Positions 21,875 through 32,642 are shown, counted from the first letter of the stretch. The stretch is DNA of 64,000 nucleotides from an uncultured bacterium (GCA_903822075.1 CAIJNK010000011.1:504-64503), one strand, 5' to 3'. A program made the numbers and translations. The notes: a model not told the origin generated them from the sequence alone.

Positions 21875-21962
21875 ACCCCTCCTATTCTTAGGAGGGGTCG
21901 CCATTCCGATGGCGGGGGTGGTTCTCTTCCCCTCCTTAGTTAAGGAGGGGTTAGGGGCGGTT
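21875..21962 (-). repeat. Two REP-like CCCCTCCT...AGGAGGGG palindromes downstream of rpoC
   Basis: Hairpins at 21875..21898 and 21929..21950, each preceded on the minus strand by AACC(A/G)CCCC. Confidence 0.65.
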
Positions 21963-21967
21963 GTGTT

Positions 21968-24900
21968 TTACTCCCCTCTTTCCGCATTCAATTCCTTCAT
22001 GAATTCAGCCACCATTTTGAACTTAGGAGAATCTGGATGACCGGTACCGGCTGGAATAAGTCTACCGATGATAACGTTTTCCTTCAATCCGGTCAGATGG
22101 TCAACGGAACCGCGAACAGCGTTATTAATCAAAACTCGGTTAGTGTGCTGGAACGAAGCAGCGGAGAGGAATGATCGACGAGCGAGTGAAGCTTCGGTGA
22201 TACCCATCACTACCGGCTCTGCTTTCATCACCATCTTACCATTAGCCTCGGCTTCCTCATTTTCCAAACGATAATCCAATTCATCAATCACATCGCCTTC
22301 AGACACGGTGGTCTCACCTGGGTTCTTCACTTTCATTCGGGAGAACATCTGCTTCACGATGATTTCAATATGCTTTCGGGACACGGCCTCTCCTTGTAAT
22401 TCGTAAAGTTTGTTCACTTCCGTAATCACATAGTTCATGGTCTTCTCCTTGCCACCATATTTGAACAGTTCATCAATATCAGCCGAACCATCGGTCAAAA
22501 GCTGACCTTTCTTTACCTTATCACCAGTCTTCACCAAAGCCACGCGCTTGAAGCTGAATTCATATTCCACTTCGGCCGCCTTCTTACCCTTGGCTTTATC
22601 TTCAATTTCCGGCAAAACAGTAATGATTTTTTCCTTACCCATATCTTTTACCGAAGTCACCACACCGTCACACTTTGACACCATGGCTGGGCTCTTTGGC
22701 TTTCTCTTTTCAAAGACTTCTTCCACACGAGGCAAACCTTGAGTAATATCTCCACCAACGGAGGCAGTACCTCCAGAGTGGAAAGTACGCATCGTCAGCT
22801 GAGTACCAGGCTCTCCAATAGCTTGAGCGGCCACGGTTCCCACGGCTTCACCAAGACCAATAAGTTCTCCACGGCCCAAGTCTGAGCCATAACATTCTGC
22901 GCACACGCCGTGAACGGTTTTACAGGTCAAAGGTGAGCGCACGTAAACTTCATTGGCGCCCTCGGCTTCCACTTTCTGCGCTTCATCTTTCTTTAGCAAA
23001 TGTCCTTTCTTGAATAGCACTTCACCCGTCTTGCTCAAAACATCGGCGGCCAAAATTCTACCGCGAATATGCTTGGACACGGAAACACCTGATTCAAATT
23101 CACTGCTGTTTTTGATACAGATGCTTTCCTTGGTCTTACAATCCGCTTCGGTAATAACAATATCTTGCGCGACATCAAACAATCTTCGGGTCAAATATCC
23201 GGCCTTGGCGGTGTTAAGCGCGGTATCGGTCAAACCTTTTCGCGAACCGTGAGTGGTAATAAAGTATTCGATCGGAGTCAAACCTTCCTTCATGGAACCG
23301 ATAACCGGGAACTCAATGGTCTCACCGGCGGTATTCTGAATCAAACCTTTCATACCGGCCATCTGAGTAATAGCACCAAGCGAACCTCGAGCACCAGACA
23401 CCCACATATCGGAAACGGAACCGTTGATATCCAAAGTTTTTGGAATCAATTTTTCCAACTCGTTCTTGGCACCGTGCCAGATCTCAATATTTTTTCGTAA
23501 TTTTTCTTCGTCGGTCAAAAGTCCTTCGTTGAAGAAATTCAAAACCTCAGCGGATTTTCTCTTAGCTTCAGCAATAACTTCTGGCTTCTCGACTGGAATA
23601 TTCAAGTCATCAAGACCCCAAGTTACACCGGAAGCGGTGGCATATTTGAAACCAAAAGCTTTTATCTTGTCGAGCACCTTTGGAATATTAGTAATGCCAT
23701 ATTTGTTGATCAAATCATCAAGAATAGCCGACATGGTTTTCTTGGTGATTTCCTTGTTCACATAAGAATAATCGGAAGGCAAAGTGGAATTGAAGAGCAA
23801 TCGTCCGACCGTTGTCTCAAATGTCTTACCGCCAAAAATTTGATATTTTGGCTTATCGGTTCCCAGAACATGAATCTTGGCGCGAATGGAAATGCCACCA
23901 AAATCATAAGTAGTAATGGCGCTGTTTGGAGAAGAAAAATATTTACCCTCGCCCAATTCACCCGGCACATCTTTGGTCATCCAATAACAACCAAGCACGA
24001 TATCCAAAAGCTTGGCGGAGACGGTCAATTCGCCGTTTCCTGGCTTCAGGATGTTTTTGTCCGAAGCCATAATTTCATGAGCTTCGATTTGTGCTTCCTC
24101 ACCCAATGGTACGTGAACAGCCATCTGGTCTCCATCGAAGTCCGCGTTGAAAGCGGTACAAACAAGTGGGTGAACCTGAATAGCGGAACCTTCTATGAGC
24201 ACCGGCTTGAAAGCCTGAATACCCAAACGGTGCAAAGTAGGCGCACGGTTCAAGAGCACATATTTATTCTCAATAATTTCTTCAAGAATGGCCCACACTT
24301 CTGGAATTCCATCGTCAATCAAACGGCCGGCACCACGAATGTTGAAAGCTAATTCTTTCTTTAATAATTCAGAAATAACAAACGGTCGGAAAAGTTCCAA
24401 GGCCATCATTTTTGGCAAACCGCATTGGTTCAACTTTAATTCCGGACCGACAACGATCACCGAACGGCCTGAGTAGTCCACGCGCTTTCCAAGGAGGTTA
24501 GCACGGAACAAACCACGCTTACCCTTTAGGTTATCAGCGAGTGATTTCAAGGCGCGCTTCTGAGAATTTCCCACCGCGGAAAAAGCATCATTACCGCTTC
24601 GAATCGAGTTATCAATCAAAGAGTCCACCGCTTCCTGCAAAATTCTTTTTTCGTTTCGCAAAATAACTTCCGGCGCGTGAATTTCCTTCAATTTCAACAA
24701 ACGATTGTTTCGGTTTATCACTCGGCGGTAAAGATCGTTCACATCGGACGTAGCATAACGGCCTCCGTCTAATGGTACCATTGGTCGAAGCGCTGGTGGA
24801 ATAACTGGCACGCGAGTCAGGAACATCCATTCCGGCTTCACGTTAGCTTCTCTCATTGAACGCACCAAGGAAATTCTCTTGTTTACTTTTTCTCTTTCCA

Positions 24901-25642
24901 AAGAACCGGCTTTTTCCAACTGCACTTCCAATTTCTTTTCCAAGTCCACCAAATCCAAATTTTTCAAAATATCAAATATCGCCTCGGCACCGATGGATGC
25001 CTCAAACAAGGAACCATATTTCATGGAATACTTGTGATACATAACCTCGTCCACCACCACGCCTTCGCGGATGCTTTCCACTTCTTTCTTGGCATTGATC
25101 AAAAGTTCTTTCAAAGCCTCCTTGGTTTTTTCATCCTGGACGGTTTTGACTTTCTGCTTGAACTCATTATCAATGTCATGAAGAATTCTTTCTCGCTCAG
25201 CCTCATGAGTAACTGTGATGATGTAGCCGGCAAAATAAATCACTTTCTCCAAATCGGCAGTAGTCATACCGAGCATGGTTCCAATTTTTGATGGAATACC
25301 GCGCAAGAACCAGATATGAGAAACGGGAGACGCCAATTCGATGTGTCCCATCCTCTCACGTCGTACTATTGAGCGGGTAATCTCCACGCCGCATTTTTCA
25401 CAGATAATTCCCTTATAGCGAATACCTTTGTATTTACCGCAATAACACTCAAAGTCTTTGTCCGGACCAAATATTTTTTCATCAAACAAACCGCTCTTTT
25501 CCGAACGCTGAGTTCGATAGTTAATGGTTTCCGGCCTCGTGACTTCACCAAAAGACCAGCCTTTGATGACTTCCGGTGAAGCGACTTTTAGCGAGATGGC
25601 ATCAAAATCATTGAACTCAACATTTTTATTTTTATTATTCAT
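21968..25642 (-). CDS. rpoC: RNA polymerase beta' subunit
   Basis: 'NADFDGD', 'LLGKRVDYSGRSV', 'QLTMRTFH'. Confidence 0.99.
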   Translation of the reverse strand: MNNKNKNVEFNDFDAISLKVASPEVIKGWSFGEVTRPETINYRTQRSEKSGLFDEKIFGPDKDFECYCGKYKGIRYKGIICEKCGVEITRSIVRRERMGHIELASPVSHIWFLRGIPSKIGTMLGMTTADLEKVIYFAGYIITVTHEAERERILHDIDNEFKQKVKTVQDEKTKEALKELLINAKKEVESIREGVVVDEVMYHKYSMKYGSLFEASIGAEAIFDILKNLDLVDLEKKLEVQLEKAGSLEREKVNKRISLVRSMREANVKPEWMFLTRVPVIPPALRPMVPLDGGRYATSDVNDLYRRVINRNNRLLKLKEIHAPEVILRNEKRILQEAVDSLIDNSIRSGNDAFSAVGNSQKRALKSLADNLKGKRGLFRANLLGKRVDYSGRSVIVVGPELKLNQCGLPKMMALELFRPFVISELLKKELAFNIRGAGRLIDDGIPEVWAILEEIIENKYVLLNRAPTLHRLGIQAFKPVLIEGSAIQVHPLVCTAFNADFDGDQMAVHVPLGEEAQIEAHEIMASDKNILKPGNGELTVSAKLLDIVLGCYWMTKDVPGELGEGKYFSSPNSAITTYDFGGISIRAKIHVLGTDKPKYQIFGGKTFETTVGRLLFNSTLPSDYSYVNKEITKKTMSAILDDLINKYGITNIPKVLDKIKAFGFKYATASGVTWGLDDLNIPVEKPEVIAEAKRKSAEVLNFFNEGLLTDEEKLRKNIEIWHGAKNELEKLIPKTLDINGSVSDMWVSGARGSLGAITQMAGMKGLIQNTAGETIEFPVIGSMKEGLTPIEYFITTHGSRKGLTDTALNTAKAGYLTRRLFDVAQDIVITEADCKTKESICIKNSSEFESGVSVSKHIRGRILAADVLSKTGEVLFKKGHLLKKDEAQKVEAEGANEVYVRSPLTCKTVHGVCAECYGSDLGRGELIGLGEAVGTVAAQAIGEPGTQLTMRTFHSGGTASVGGDITQGLPRVEEVFEKRKPKSPAMVSKCDGVVTSVKDMGKEKIITVLPEIEDKAKGKKAAEVEYEFSFKRVALVKTGDKVKKGQLLTDGSADIDELFKYGGKEKTMNYVITEVNKLYELQGEAVSRKHIEIIVKQMFSRMKVKNPGETTVSEGDVIDELDYRLENEEAEANGKMVMKAEPVVMGITEASLARRSFLSAASFQHTNRVLINNAVRGSVDHLTGLKENVIIGRLIPAGTGHPDSPKFKMVAEFMKELNAERGE

Positions 25643-25671
25643 ATTTTTGTTATTTTAATGATTTTGATAAA

Positions 25672-26826
25672 TTAATTTGTAACTGTGAAAGGATAATCGC
25701 TGTCGTCCATCGGGGCTGGATAAGACTGGGCAGCAGACGGAGAAACTCTTATTATATATTGTCCGGCATCAATTCTTCTTCCGCCAGGACCCTTGTCAGT
25801 TGGAATCCACCAATTAGACTGCAAACGATTCACACTAACGAGAGACTCAAGATTATAAACTAAAGTTCCATCGGGCTTCAGTAGATTAATTTCCAAAGTT
25901 GAATTAATATTCTTTGCCTGCCATTTAATATCAACGGTATCACCCTTTTTATATGTTTCTCCTCCATTTGGTGAAAGAACAGTTATAGATGGTTGAGTTG
26001 ATGTAGAGGTAAATTTAAAGCTTGAGCTAACTATTTTAAATATATCTTTATAGCCAGCATCAGATACCCAAATGTTCATTGCAAGATTCCCCTTCGTTAT
26101 CATTTTAACATTAGGGTTATTCTGTCCAGCACTAGTATTAGTAGAACCATTGTAGTCACTACGAAGTTGTAGACCAACAACTTTATTTAATTCCACTCCA
26201 TTCGCAGCGTCAGAACTACTAGAGGGATAGTAGACTGACAAATCAGCTATCATGCTTCCCTGGCAGCAATCATCATATATTTTAGCATTTGCCGGATATT
26301 GAAACGAAAAACCATATTGAGTACTTGTATATGTTTTCCAATTTGAAGTAGCGTTTAATCCAGGAGAAGTAGTATTCATCACCCTAACACTAGTACTTGC
26401 GGTGGTCTGTGCACCAGTACTGTCTTTGGCAGTGAACACAAGAGTATATGTTCCGAATTGCGAATAAGCATGAGTGAATGGTGGATTTTGAGTGTAAATA
26501 GTATTAGAATCACCCCATTTTTCCGAGTACGTTAAAGTACTACCCTCTCCCTTATCATTAGGACTATAAGCATTGACTGTCCATGTGCCTAGTTGGTTCA
26601 GAACTAATTCCTGTGGTCCATTCACTTTTAGTACCAGAGATTTATTATTAGTAACTGACGGATTTTGAGTACTTGTCTGTTGTTGATTTTGGTTTTGCTG
26701 GTTTTGGACAACTGGTGCTTCAACTTTCTTATTTGTGTAAATATAAACACCACCACCAATTATTAAGATGGCGATTATGCCAATGAGGAGTGGGATGATA
26801 AAACCTTTTTTATTATTTGTTTTCAT
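25672..26826 (-). CDS. Surface protein (pilin-like KGF N-terminus, PKD/Ig-like domains) inserted between rpoB and rpoC
   Basis: 'KKGFIIPLL' TM, PKD-like 'WGD...HAYSQFGTYT', 'WKTYTSTQYGFSFQYP', 'ITVLSPNGGE'. Confidence 0.75.
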   Translation of the reverse strand: MKTNNKKGFIIPLLIGIIAILIIGGGVYIYTNKKVEAPVVQNQQNQNQQQTSTQNPSVTNNKSLVLKVNGPQELVLNQLGTWTVNAYSPNDKGEGSTLTYSEKWGDSNTIYTQNPPFTHAYSQFGTYTLVFTAKDSTGAQTTASTSVRVMNTTSPGLNATSNWKTYTSTQYGFSFQYPANAKIYDDCCQGSMIADLSVYYPSSSSDAANGVELNKVVGLQLRSDYNGSTNTSAGQNNPNVKMITKGNLAMNIWVSDAGYKDIFKIVSSSFKFTSTSTQPSITVLSPNGGETYKKGDTVDIKWQAKNINSTLEINLLKPDGTLVYNLESLVSVNRLQSNWWIPTDKGPGGRRIDAGQYIIRVSPSAAQSYPAPMDDSDYPFTVTN

Positions 26827-26857
26827 GATTTTGTTTTTTCCTCTTTCCTTCCCCTTT

Positions 26858-26907
26858 CTCCTCCTTTTCTAAGGAGGAGTACCCGAGTCTTCGAGGGGGA
26901 GGTGGTG
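26858..26907 (-). repeat. REP-like palindrome downstream of rpoB
   Basis: Minus strand ACCACCTCCCC...CTCCTCCTT-AGAA-AAGGAGGAG; same family as 21875..21962. Confidence 0.6.
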
Positions 26908-26918
26908 AGGTGGTTTTT

Positions 26919-29900
26919 TTATCTCTCTCCACCTTCGTAAGTTGAAGGTTTCTTATCCTTTAAGAGTTCAACGTCGAGCCCTAATCCTCTCAAGTTGTTG
27001 AGAAGCACGTTAAACGAAGCCGGAATATTCGGTTGCTTGATGCGCTCACCTTTCACAATAGAATCGAAAGCGGCGGAACGTCCCACAATATCATCTGATT
27101 TGATAGTTAACATTTCTCGAAGCGTATAAGCGGCACCATGTCCAAGCAAGGCCCAGACTTCCATTTCTCCAAATCTCTGTCCTCCTCCTTGTGCACGTCC
27201 ACCAAGAGGTTGCTGCGTAATCATGGAGTATGGTCCGATTGAGCGCATGTGAATCTTGTCTTCCACTTCATGGTGCAGTTTCAAGATATACATATAACCC
27301 ACAGCCACTTCTTGCTGGAAGCTTTCACCGGTTCGTCCATCACAAAGTTTCATCTTACCGCTTTCCTTAAAACCAGCCTTTACCAATTCCGCTTTGATTT
27401 CCTGATCGGTGGCACCTGCAAACGGAGGAACAATGGCTTGATAATTCAAAGTATTTGCTGCAAGACCTAAGTGTAATTCCATAATCTGTCCCAAGTTCAT
27501 ACGAGAAGGCACACCAAGCGGAGTCAAAATCATATCCACTGGTCGGCCGTCTGGCATGTATGGCATATCTTCTTCCGGCAACACTTTGGAAATAACTCCT
27601 TTGTTTCCGTGACGTCCGGACAGCTTGTCTCCCACGGAGATACTTCTGAGTTCCGCCACTTCAATATGAATTCTCTTTATAATTCCACTTTCCAATTTAT
27701 CGCCTTTCTCGCGAGAAAACACTTTTACCGAAACAATACGGCCTTTCTTTCCACCTTCCAATCTCTTGGAAGTATCTTTCACATCACGGGCTTTCTCACC
27801 AAAGATAGAACGAAGTAATCTTTCCTCTGGCGTTAACTGAGTCTCACCTTTGGGCGTAATTTTACCGACGATAATATCACCAGGGCGAACTTCCGCGCCG
27901 ACGCGGACAATTCCGTCCTCATCCAGGTTTTTTAGTTTAGCCTCACCAACGTTTGGAATATCGTGAGTAGTTACTTCCGGTCCAAGCTTGGTATCGCGAA
28001 CATTCACCACAAACTCTTCCATGTGAATGGATGTAAACTTGCTGTCCTTCACCAGTTTTTCGGACAAAATAATAGCGTCCTCATAGTTTGATCCGGACCA
28101 AGACATGAAGGCAATCAAAATGTTTTGACCAATAGAAGTCTGGCCCTTATCGGAAGAAGAGGTATCGGCGAGCAGTTCGCCTTTTTTGACTTTCTGTCCC
28201 AAGGAAACCACTGGTCGCTGATGGAAAACGGTAAAGCTGTTTGTTCGAGAAAACTGGATCAGATTATATTCCGCTTCTTTTTCTTTATCATTGGTAATTT
28301 TAATCTTTTTAGAATCCAAGTAAGTCACTTCACCGGCTTCGTCAGCGTAAATAAGACGTCCGGTATCTCTTGCGGCAATTTCCTCAATACCAGTAGCAAC
28401 AAGCGGAGCTTCCGGCCGCAAACATGGCACGGCTTGTTTCTGCATGTTCGAACCCATGAGTGCGCGGTTGGCATCATCGTGGTTCAAGAAAGGAATCATG
28501 GAGGTAGCAATAGAAAAAGCCTGATTAGTGGCAACGTCCATAAAGTCCACATCCTCGCTCTTAACGACAGTCGGAACACCGTTCACACGCACCTCCACTT
28601 CTTCATCAATTATTTTTCCATTGACGTCGACGTGGGTGGCGGCATGGGCAATCTTAAAGTTTTCCTCTTCCAAGGCGTTCAAATATTTTATTTCGGGGGT
28701 GATCACGCCATGCTTGACCTTGGCGTAAGGAGTTTCGATCATACCAAAATCATTTACCTTAGCGTAAACAGAAAGACGCAAGATCAAACCAATGTTCGGT
28801 CCTTCTGGGGTATGGATAGGACAAACGCGGCCATAGTGAGAAGGATGAACGTCACGAACCTCGAAGCCGGCACGCTCGCGAGTCAGACCACCGGGTCCGA
28901 GTGCGGATAAAGTTCTCAAGTGTTCCACCTCTTGGAGGATGTTTTCCTGAGCCATAAACTGCGACAACTGGTTTGTAGTAAAGAATTCCTTGATTCTAGC
29001 TTGCAGTGGACGAGGGGAAATGAAGTTTACCGGCATAGTGATGTCCGGATCCACAGTGGACATACGATCTTGAATATTTCTCTTCATCTGAGACATACCA
29101 ATCCTCACTTTAGCCTGAAACAATTCACCAACAAAACGGACGCGGCGAGAACCCAAGTGATCAATATCATCTTCCACGGCATCTTCGTCGTGATTTAAAG
29201 TGACTATGTTACCAATGATAGTGAAAACATCATCCAGGTTTATGGTCTTGCGATCAAGCTCCTTAACATCCATACTCTTACTGAATCTTTTGTTGAAACG
29301 GAAACGTCCCACCTTGGAAACGTCATAACGGTCAGCGCTAAAAATACCGTTAATAAATTCCCGGGCGTTCTCAGCGGTAGCTAGATCACCGTCACGCAAT
29401 CTCTTGTAAATCTCCACGTAGGAATCATCCAGGGTCTTGGCATGATCCTTGGCCAAGTTTAGCTCCATGGCTTTCTTTGAAGCCTCATCCGTAGTAAAAT
29501 ACTCCATCATTTGCTTGTCGGTTGCGCCCAAAACGCGCAAAAGCGAAGTGACGGGGAATTTTCTCTTTTTATCAATCTTAACATAAACCAAATCATCAGC
29601 ATCGGACTCGATTTCAATCCAAGCTCCGCGTGATGGGATTATTTTGGCGCCAAAATAACGCTTACCCTTAATTTCATTAGTGGTGAAAAACATACCAAAG
29701 GAGCGGGCCAACTGTGGCACAATGACTCTTTCAATACCATTGATGATGAAAGTGCCGTGGTCCGTCATGAGAGGAATATCGGTCAGAAAGATTTCCTGCT
29801 CTTTCTCGGTATTTAAAATTTTATTCTTCAGTTTGACCCGGGCCTTTAGTTGACCTTCGTAGGACATTTTATTGTCCTTGGCGTAGTGCTCATTATATTT

Positions 29901-30110
29901 AGGCTGATCAATCTCAAAAGCCGTAAAAGAGAGCTCAAACTTTTTCTCGGCATAGTCCTTTATAGGAGAGAACTCCTTAAAAACCTCCGCCAAACCTTTC
30001 TCCAGGAACCATTTGAAAGATTCCGTCTGGTGGCTGACCATGTTTGGCGGGGTGACAAGCGGAGCCTTGAACTTTCCGAAATATTTTTTTTCTCTTTTGA
30101 TTGATTTCAT
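26919..30110 (-). CDS. rpoB: RNA polymerase beta subunit
   Basis: 'RDVHPSHYGR', 'HDDANRALMGSNMQKQA', 'GDKLSGRHGNKG', 'GQRFGEME'. Confidence 0.99.
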   Translation of the reverse strand: MKSIKREKKYFGKFKAPLVTPPNMVSHQTESFKWFLEKGLAEVFKEFSPIKDYAEKKFELSFTAFEIDQPKYNEHYAKDNKMSYEGQLKARVKLKNKILNTEKEQEIFLTDIPLMTDHGTFIINGIERVIVPQLARSFGMFFTTNEIKGKRYFGAKIIPSRGAWIEIESDADDLVYVKIDKKRKFPVTSLLRVLGATDKQMMEYFTTDEASKKAMELNLAKDHAKTLDDSYVEIYKRLRDGDLATAENAREFINGIFSADRYDVSKVGRFRFNKRFSKSMDVKELDRKTINLDDVFTIIGNIVTLNHDEDAVEDDIDHLGSRRVRFVGELFQAKVRIGMSQMKRNIQDRMSTVDPDITMPVNFISPRPLQARIKEFFTTNQLSQFMAQENILQEVEHLRTLSALGPGGLTRERAGFEVRDVHPSHYGRVCPIHTPEGPNIGLILRLSVYAKVNDFGMIETPYAKVKHGVITPEIKYLNALEEENFKIAHAATHVDVNGKIIDEEVEVRVNGVPTVVKSEDVDFMDVATNQAFSIATSMIPFLNHDDANRALMGSNMQKQAVPCLRPEAPLVATGIEEIAARDTGRLIYADEAGEVTYLDSKKIKITNDKEKEAEYNLIQFSRTNSFTVFHQRPVVSLGQKVKKGELLADTSSSDKGQTSIGQNILIAFMSWSGSNYEDAIILSEKLVKDSKFTSIHMEEFVVNVRDTKLGPEVTTHDIPNVGEAKLKNLDEDGIVRVGAEVRPGDIIVGKITPKGETQLTPEERLLRSIFGEKARDVKDTSKRLEGGKKGRIVSVKVFSREKGDKLESGIIKRIHIEVAELRSISVGDKLSGRHGNKGVISKVLPEEDMPYMPDGRPVDMILTPLGVPSRMNLGQIMELHLGLAANTLNYQAIVPPFAGATDQEIKAELVKAGFKESGKMKLCDGRTGESFQQEVAVGYMYILKLHHEVEDKIHMRSIGPYSMITQQPLGGRAQGGGQRFGEMEVWALLGHGAAYTLREMLTIKSDDIVGRSAAFDSIVKGERIKQPNIPASFNVLLNNLRGLGLDVELLKDKKPSTYEGGER

Positions 30111-30292
30111 ATAATGATTGATAAAATTAATAAAACAATTTTTCTAATAAATACGTACAAAGCAAAAAGGACACCCTCCGACAAAGGCGTCTTTCAATTT
30201 GATAAAAATTATCTTTTCTTTATGATAAGCAAGGATTTTAATAAAACTGCTAATCCTTTCCCCCGTAACTCAATCTTGCTAATGTGCTGTGA

Positions 30293-30320
30293 TGGTATAC
30301 CAGGAGGCCTCACTTGTCAA
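30293..30320 (-). promoter_or_regulatory. Putative rpoB promoter
   Basis: TTGACA...TGGTATACC about 185 nt upstream of rpoB. Confidence 0.5.
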
Positions 30321-30407
30321 GGACTTTATCCACTTCCTAGCTCACGGCCTTAATTATGGCTTATTTAGGATATCCAAGTATGATATTTAGTTATCCCCAA
30401 TTTTGAC

Positions 30408-30436
30408 TTGACAAGAAAAATAGGGTATGCTATACT
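30408..30436 (+). promoter_or_regulatory. cspA sigma70 promoter
   Basis: TTGACA-N17-TATACT with extended TG. Confidence 0.7.
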
Positions 30437-30524
30437 TGAAAAACAAATAGAGGTGTGTCACAAAAACTTAGTCGATTTTTAGAGCATAACGTTCGTTTGT
30501 ATTTTATCAAGTAAACAATAATCA

Positions 30525-30725
30525 ATGACCGGTACAATTAAGAAATTGGTCTCTGAGAAAGGTTTCGGTTTCATCACCGCTGAAGGTTTAGCTAAGGATT
30601 TATTTTTCCATAGCAATTCCCTTTCAGGTGTTGCATTCGCCGACCTTCGCGAAGGAGACGCTGTATCATTTGACACTGAAGATACCCCAAAGGGTCCAGC
30701 AGCTGTCAATGTTACTCGAGCATAA
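30525..30725 (+). CDS. cspA: Cold-shock protein
   Basis: RNP1 'KGFGFI', RNP2 'LFFH', 'KGPAAVNV'. Confidence 0.93.
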   Translation: MTGTIKKLVSEKGFGFITAEGLAKDLFFHSNSLSGVAFADLREGDAVSFDTEDTPKGPAAVNVTRA

Positions 30726-30761
30726 TTAATCACGGGTTCGTCCCGTATTGATATCTCAAAC

Positions 30762-30795
30762 AAAAAAACCATTTCCGCAAGGAGATGGTTTTTTT
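30762..30795. terminator. Bidirectional terminator between cspA and the SWIB gene
   Basis: AAAAAAACCATTTCC-GCAA-GGAGATGGTTTTTTT. Confidence 0.75.
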
Positions 30796-30814
30796 GTTGT
30801 AAAAATCTCTAGAT

Positions 30815-31072
30815 TTAGGAAATGTGCTTGGAGATAAAACCGGCGATTTTCATCATGTTAACTTTCTTCGTACCGCCAAAAACTTTTAACAGTTTTTCGT
30901 CAGCCACGATTTCGCGCTTATCTTTGGCGTCCTGAAGATTATTAGCTTTGATATAAACCCACAACTTGGAAACTATTTCCGAACGGGGCATTGGACCCTT
31001 GCCCACCACCGCCTCTAACTCAGGGCTCAACTTCTTTGGTTGCATAAATGCTGAAACTTTTTTCTCTGCCAT
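30815..31072 (-). CDS. Stand-alone SWIB/MDM2 domain protein
   Basis: 'LSPELEAVVG...RSEIVSKLWVYIKANNLQD...DEKL'. Confidence 0.9.
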   Translation of the reverse strand: MAEKKVSAFMQPKKLSPELEAVVGKGPMPRSEIVSKLWVYIKANNLQDAKDKREIVADEKLLKVFGGTKKVNMMKIAGFISKHIS

Positions 31073-31129
31073 ATAATTATGTGATTAGATTAATAAATTA
31101 ATAAACGACCGTTCCAGTATAGCATAAAA

Positions 31130-32614
31130 TTACTCCGTGTGTACCTTTATATCCGTCCGCTCATGTTTTAGTTTCAAGAATAGAATAGAAAAGGAACCAA
31201 TAAAGATGACGACGGCGGCCACGAGAAAGACATAATCATAAGCATCCACTTGGGCCTTCAGGATAATAAGAGAAATGTATTTTGAAATGTCCGCCGGCAC
31301 GTGACTATGCAGCCGGCTAAAATTATTCAGAGTTAAAATATTGGTATTAGTCCGGTTATTTAAAATTGTGGCAAAGATGGCAATACCAAAAGCACCAGCA
31401 ATATTTCGGACTAAAGCGAGGATAGATGAGGCCACGCCGATCTCACTCTGCGGTACAACCGAGGCAATAATATTTGTGCGGTGCGACATACCCAAACCAA
31501 GGCCAAAAGCCATAATAGTCAGAGGGATGGTGATGTCGAGAGAACCAGACTTAGGATCCAAATAGCTGAACAAAAAGATGCCGATGGAGGCCACGATCGT
31601 GCTCCAAAAGATAACATAGCGGGCTTGAATCTTGCCGGTAAATCGTCCACCAATGGCCGCGGAGGCCACCATCACAAACGCCATCGGCATAAACAAGAAT
31701 CCCGATTCCGTAGCGGTATAACCAAGAAAAGTCTGAGCAAAAACCGGGATCAAAAAAACGCCACCCATCATCCCCATAAACACCACAAAGTTGTTAAGTA
31801 GGGCGTTCACAAAAGCCGGAATCTTAAAAAACTTGAGATCAATAATCGGTTCCGGTACGCTTTTTTCAATCTTGAGAAAAATACCGGACAAGAGAATCAT
31901 AAAGAAGTAACACGTCAGGCTTTCTGCAGAAAGCCAACCCCAATCAAAGCCTTTGTCCAAAACCAAAACTAAGGCCGAGAGGGCGCCGCCCAAGGTGAGC
32001 GCACCCCACCAATCGAAGAATTTGGAAACTATTTTAGAACGCGATTCGTGGACAAAGTGAAAGGCCATATAGATACCCAAAAGTCCGATTGGCAGATTGA
32101 TTAAAAATACCGACCGCCAGCCAAAATTATCAATTAGCGGCCCGCCGATGAGCGGGCCAAAAACGGCGGCCGCCGCAAAGGAGGATGACCAGATACCGAG
32201 TGCTTGCGCCCGCTCCCTCCCTTCCTTAAAAGTAACGGCGAGAATAGCCATGGCGGTCGGATAATCTGCCGAGCCAGCAATGGCCTGGATTATTCTAAAG
32301 ATGATTAGGGAAGAAAGGTTCCAAGCCAGACCGGCTAAAACGGACCCAAAAATAAAAATCGAAAAACCGATAATATATACTTTTTTCCGGCCAATAGTGT
32401 CTCCAAGTTTTCCCCAAATAGGCACAAAGATGGCATTGGCCAAGATATAGGCAGTGGCAATCCAGCCGGCAGAAGAGACAGTGATATTGAAGTCATTAAT
32501 GATCTTGGGTAACGCCAAGTTTACAATCGTCTGATCCAGACGGCCCAAAAAAGTTCCGATGATTACCGTCAGAAGGATCCACCACCGCAAGTTTGAACTC
32601 CGATTTTCATCCAT
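31130..32614 (-). CDS. MFS DHA2 (EmrB/QacA) efflux transporter
   Basis: 'LDQTIVNLALP', 'GKLGDTIGRKK', 'GPLIGG...WRSVFLINLPIG', about 14 TMs. Confidence 0.92.
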   Translation of the reverse strand: MDENRSSNLRWWILLTVIIGTFLGRLDQTIVNLALPKIINDFNITVSSAGWIATAYILANAIFVPIWGKLGDTIGRKKVYIIGFSIFIFGSVLAGLAWNLSSLIIFRIIQAIAGSADYPTAMAILAVTFKEGRERAQALGIWSSSFAAAAVFGPLIGGPLIDNFGWRSVFLINLPIGLLGIYMAFHFVHESRSKIVSKFFDWWGALTLGGALSALVLVLDKGFDWGWLSAESLTCYFFMILLSGIFLKIEKSVPEPIIDLKFFKIPAFVNALLNNFVVFMGMMGGVFLIPVFAQTFLGYTATESGFLFMPMAFVMVASAAIGGRFTGKIQARYVIFWSTIVASIGIFLFSYLDPKSGSLDITIPLTIMAFGLGLGMSHRTNIIASVVPQSEIGVASSILALVRNIAGAFGIAIFATILNNRTNTNILTLNNFSRLHSHVPADISKYISLIILKAQVDAYDYVFLVAAVVIFIGSFSILFLKLKHERTDIKVHTE

Positions 32615-32642
32615 ATCTTTATATTTGATTTAGCAAAATAAC

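Noticed and set aside
30326-30399. DnaA-box-like TTATCCACT and TTATCCCCA as a possible oriC
   Set aside because: Only two imperfect boxes, and no dnaA/dnaN nearby.
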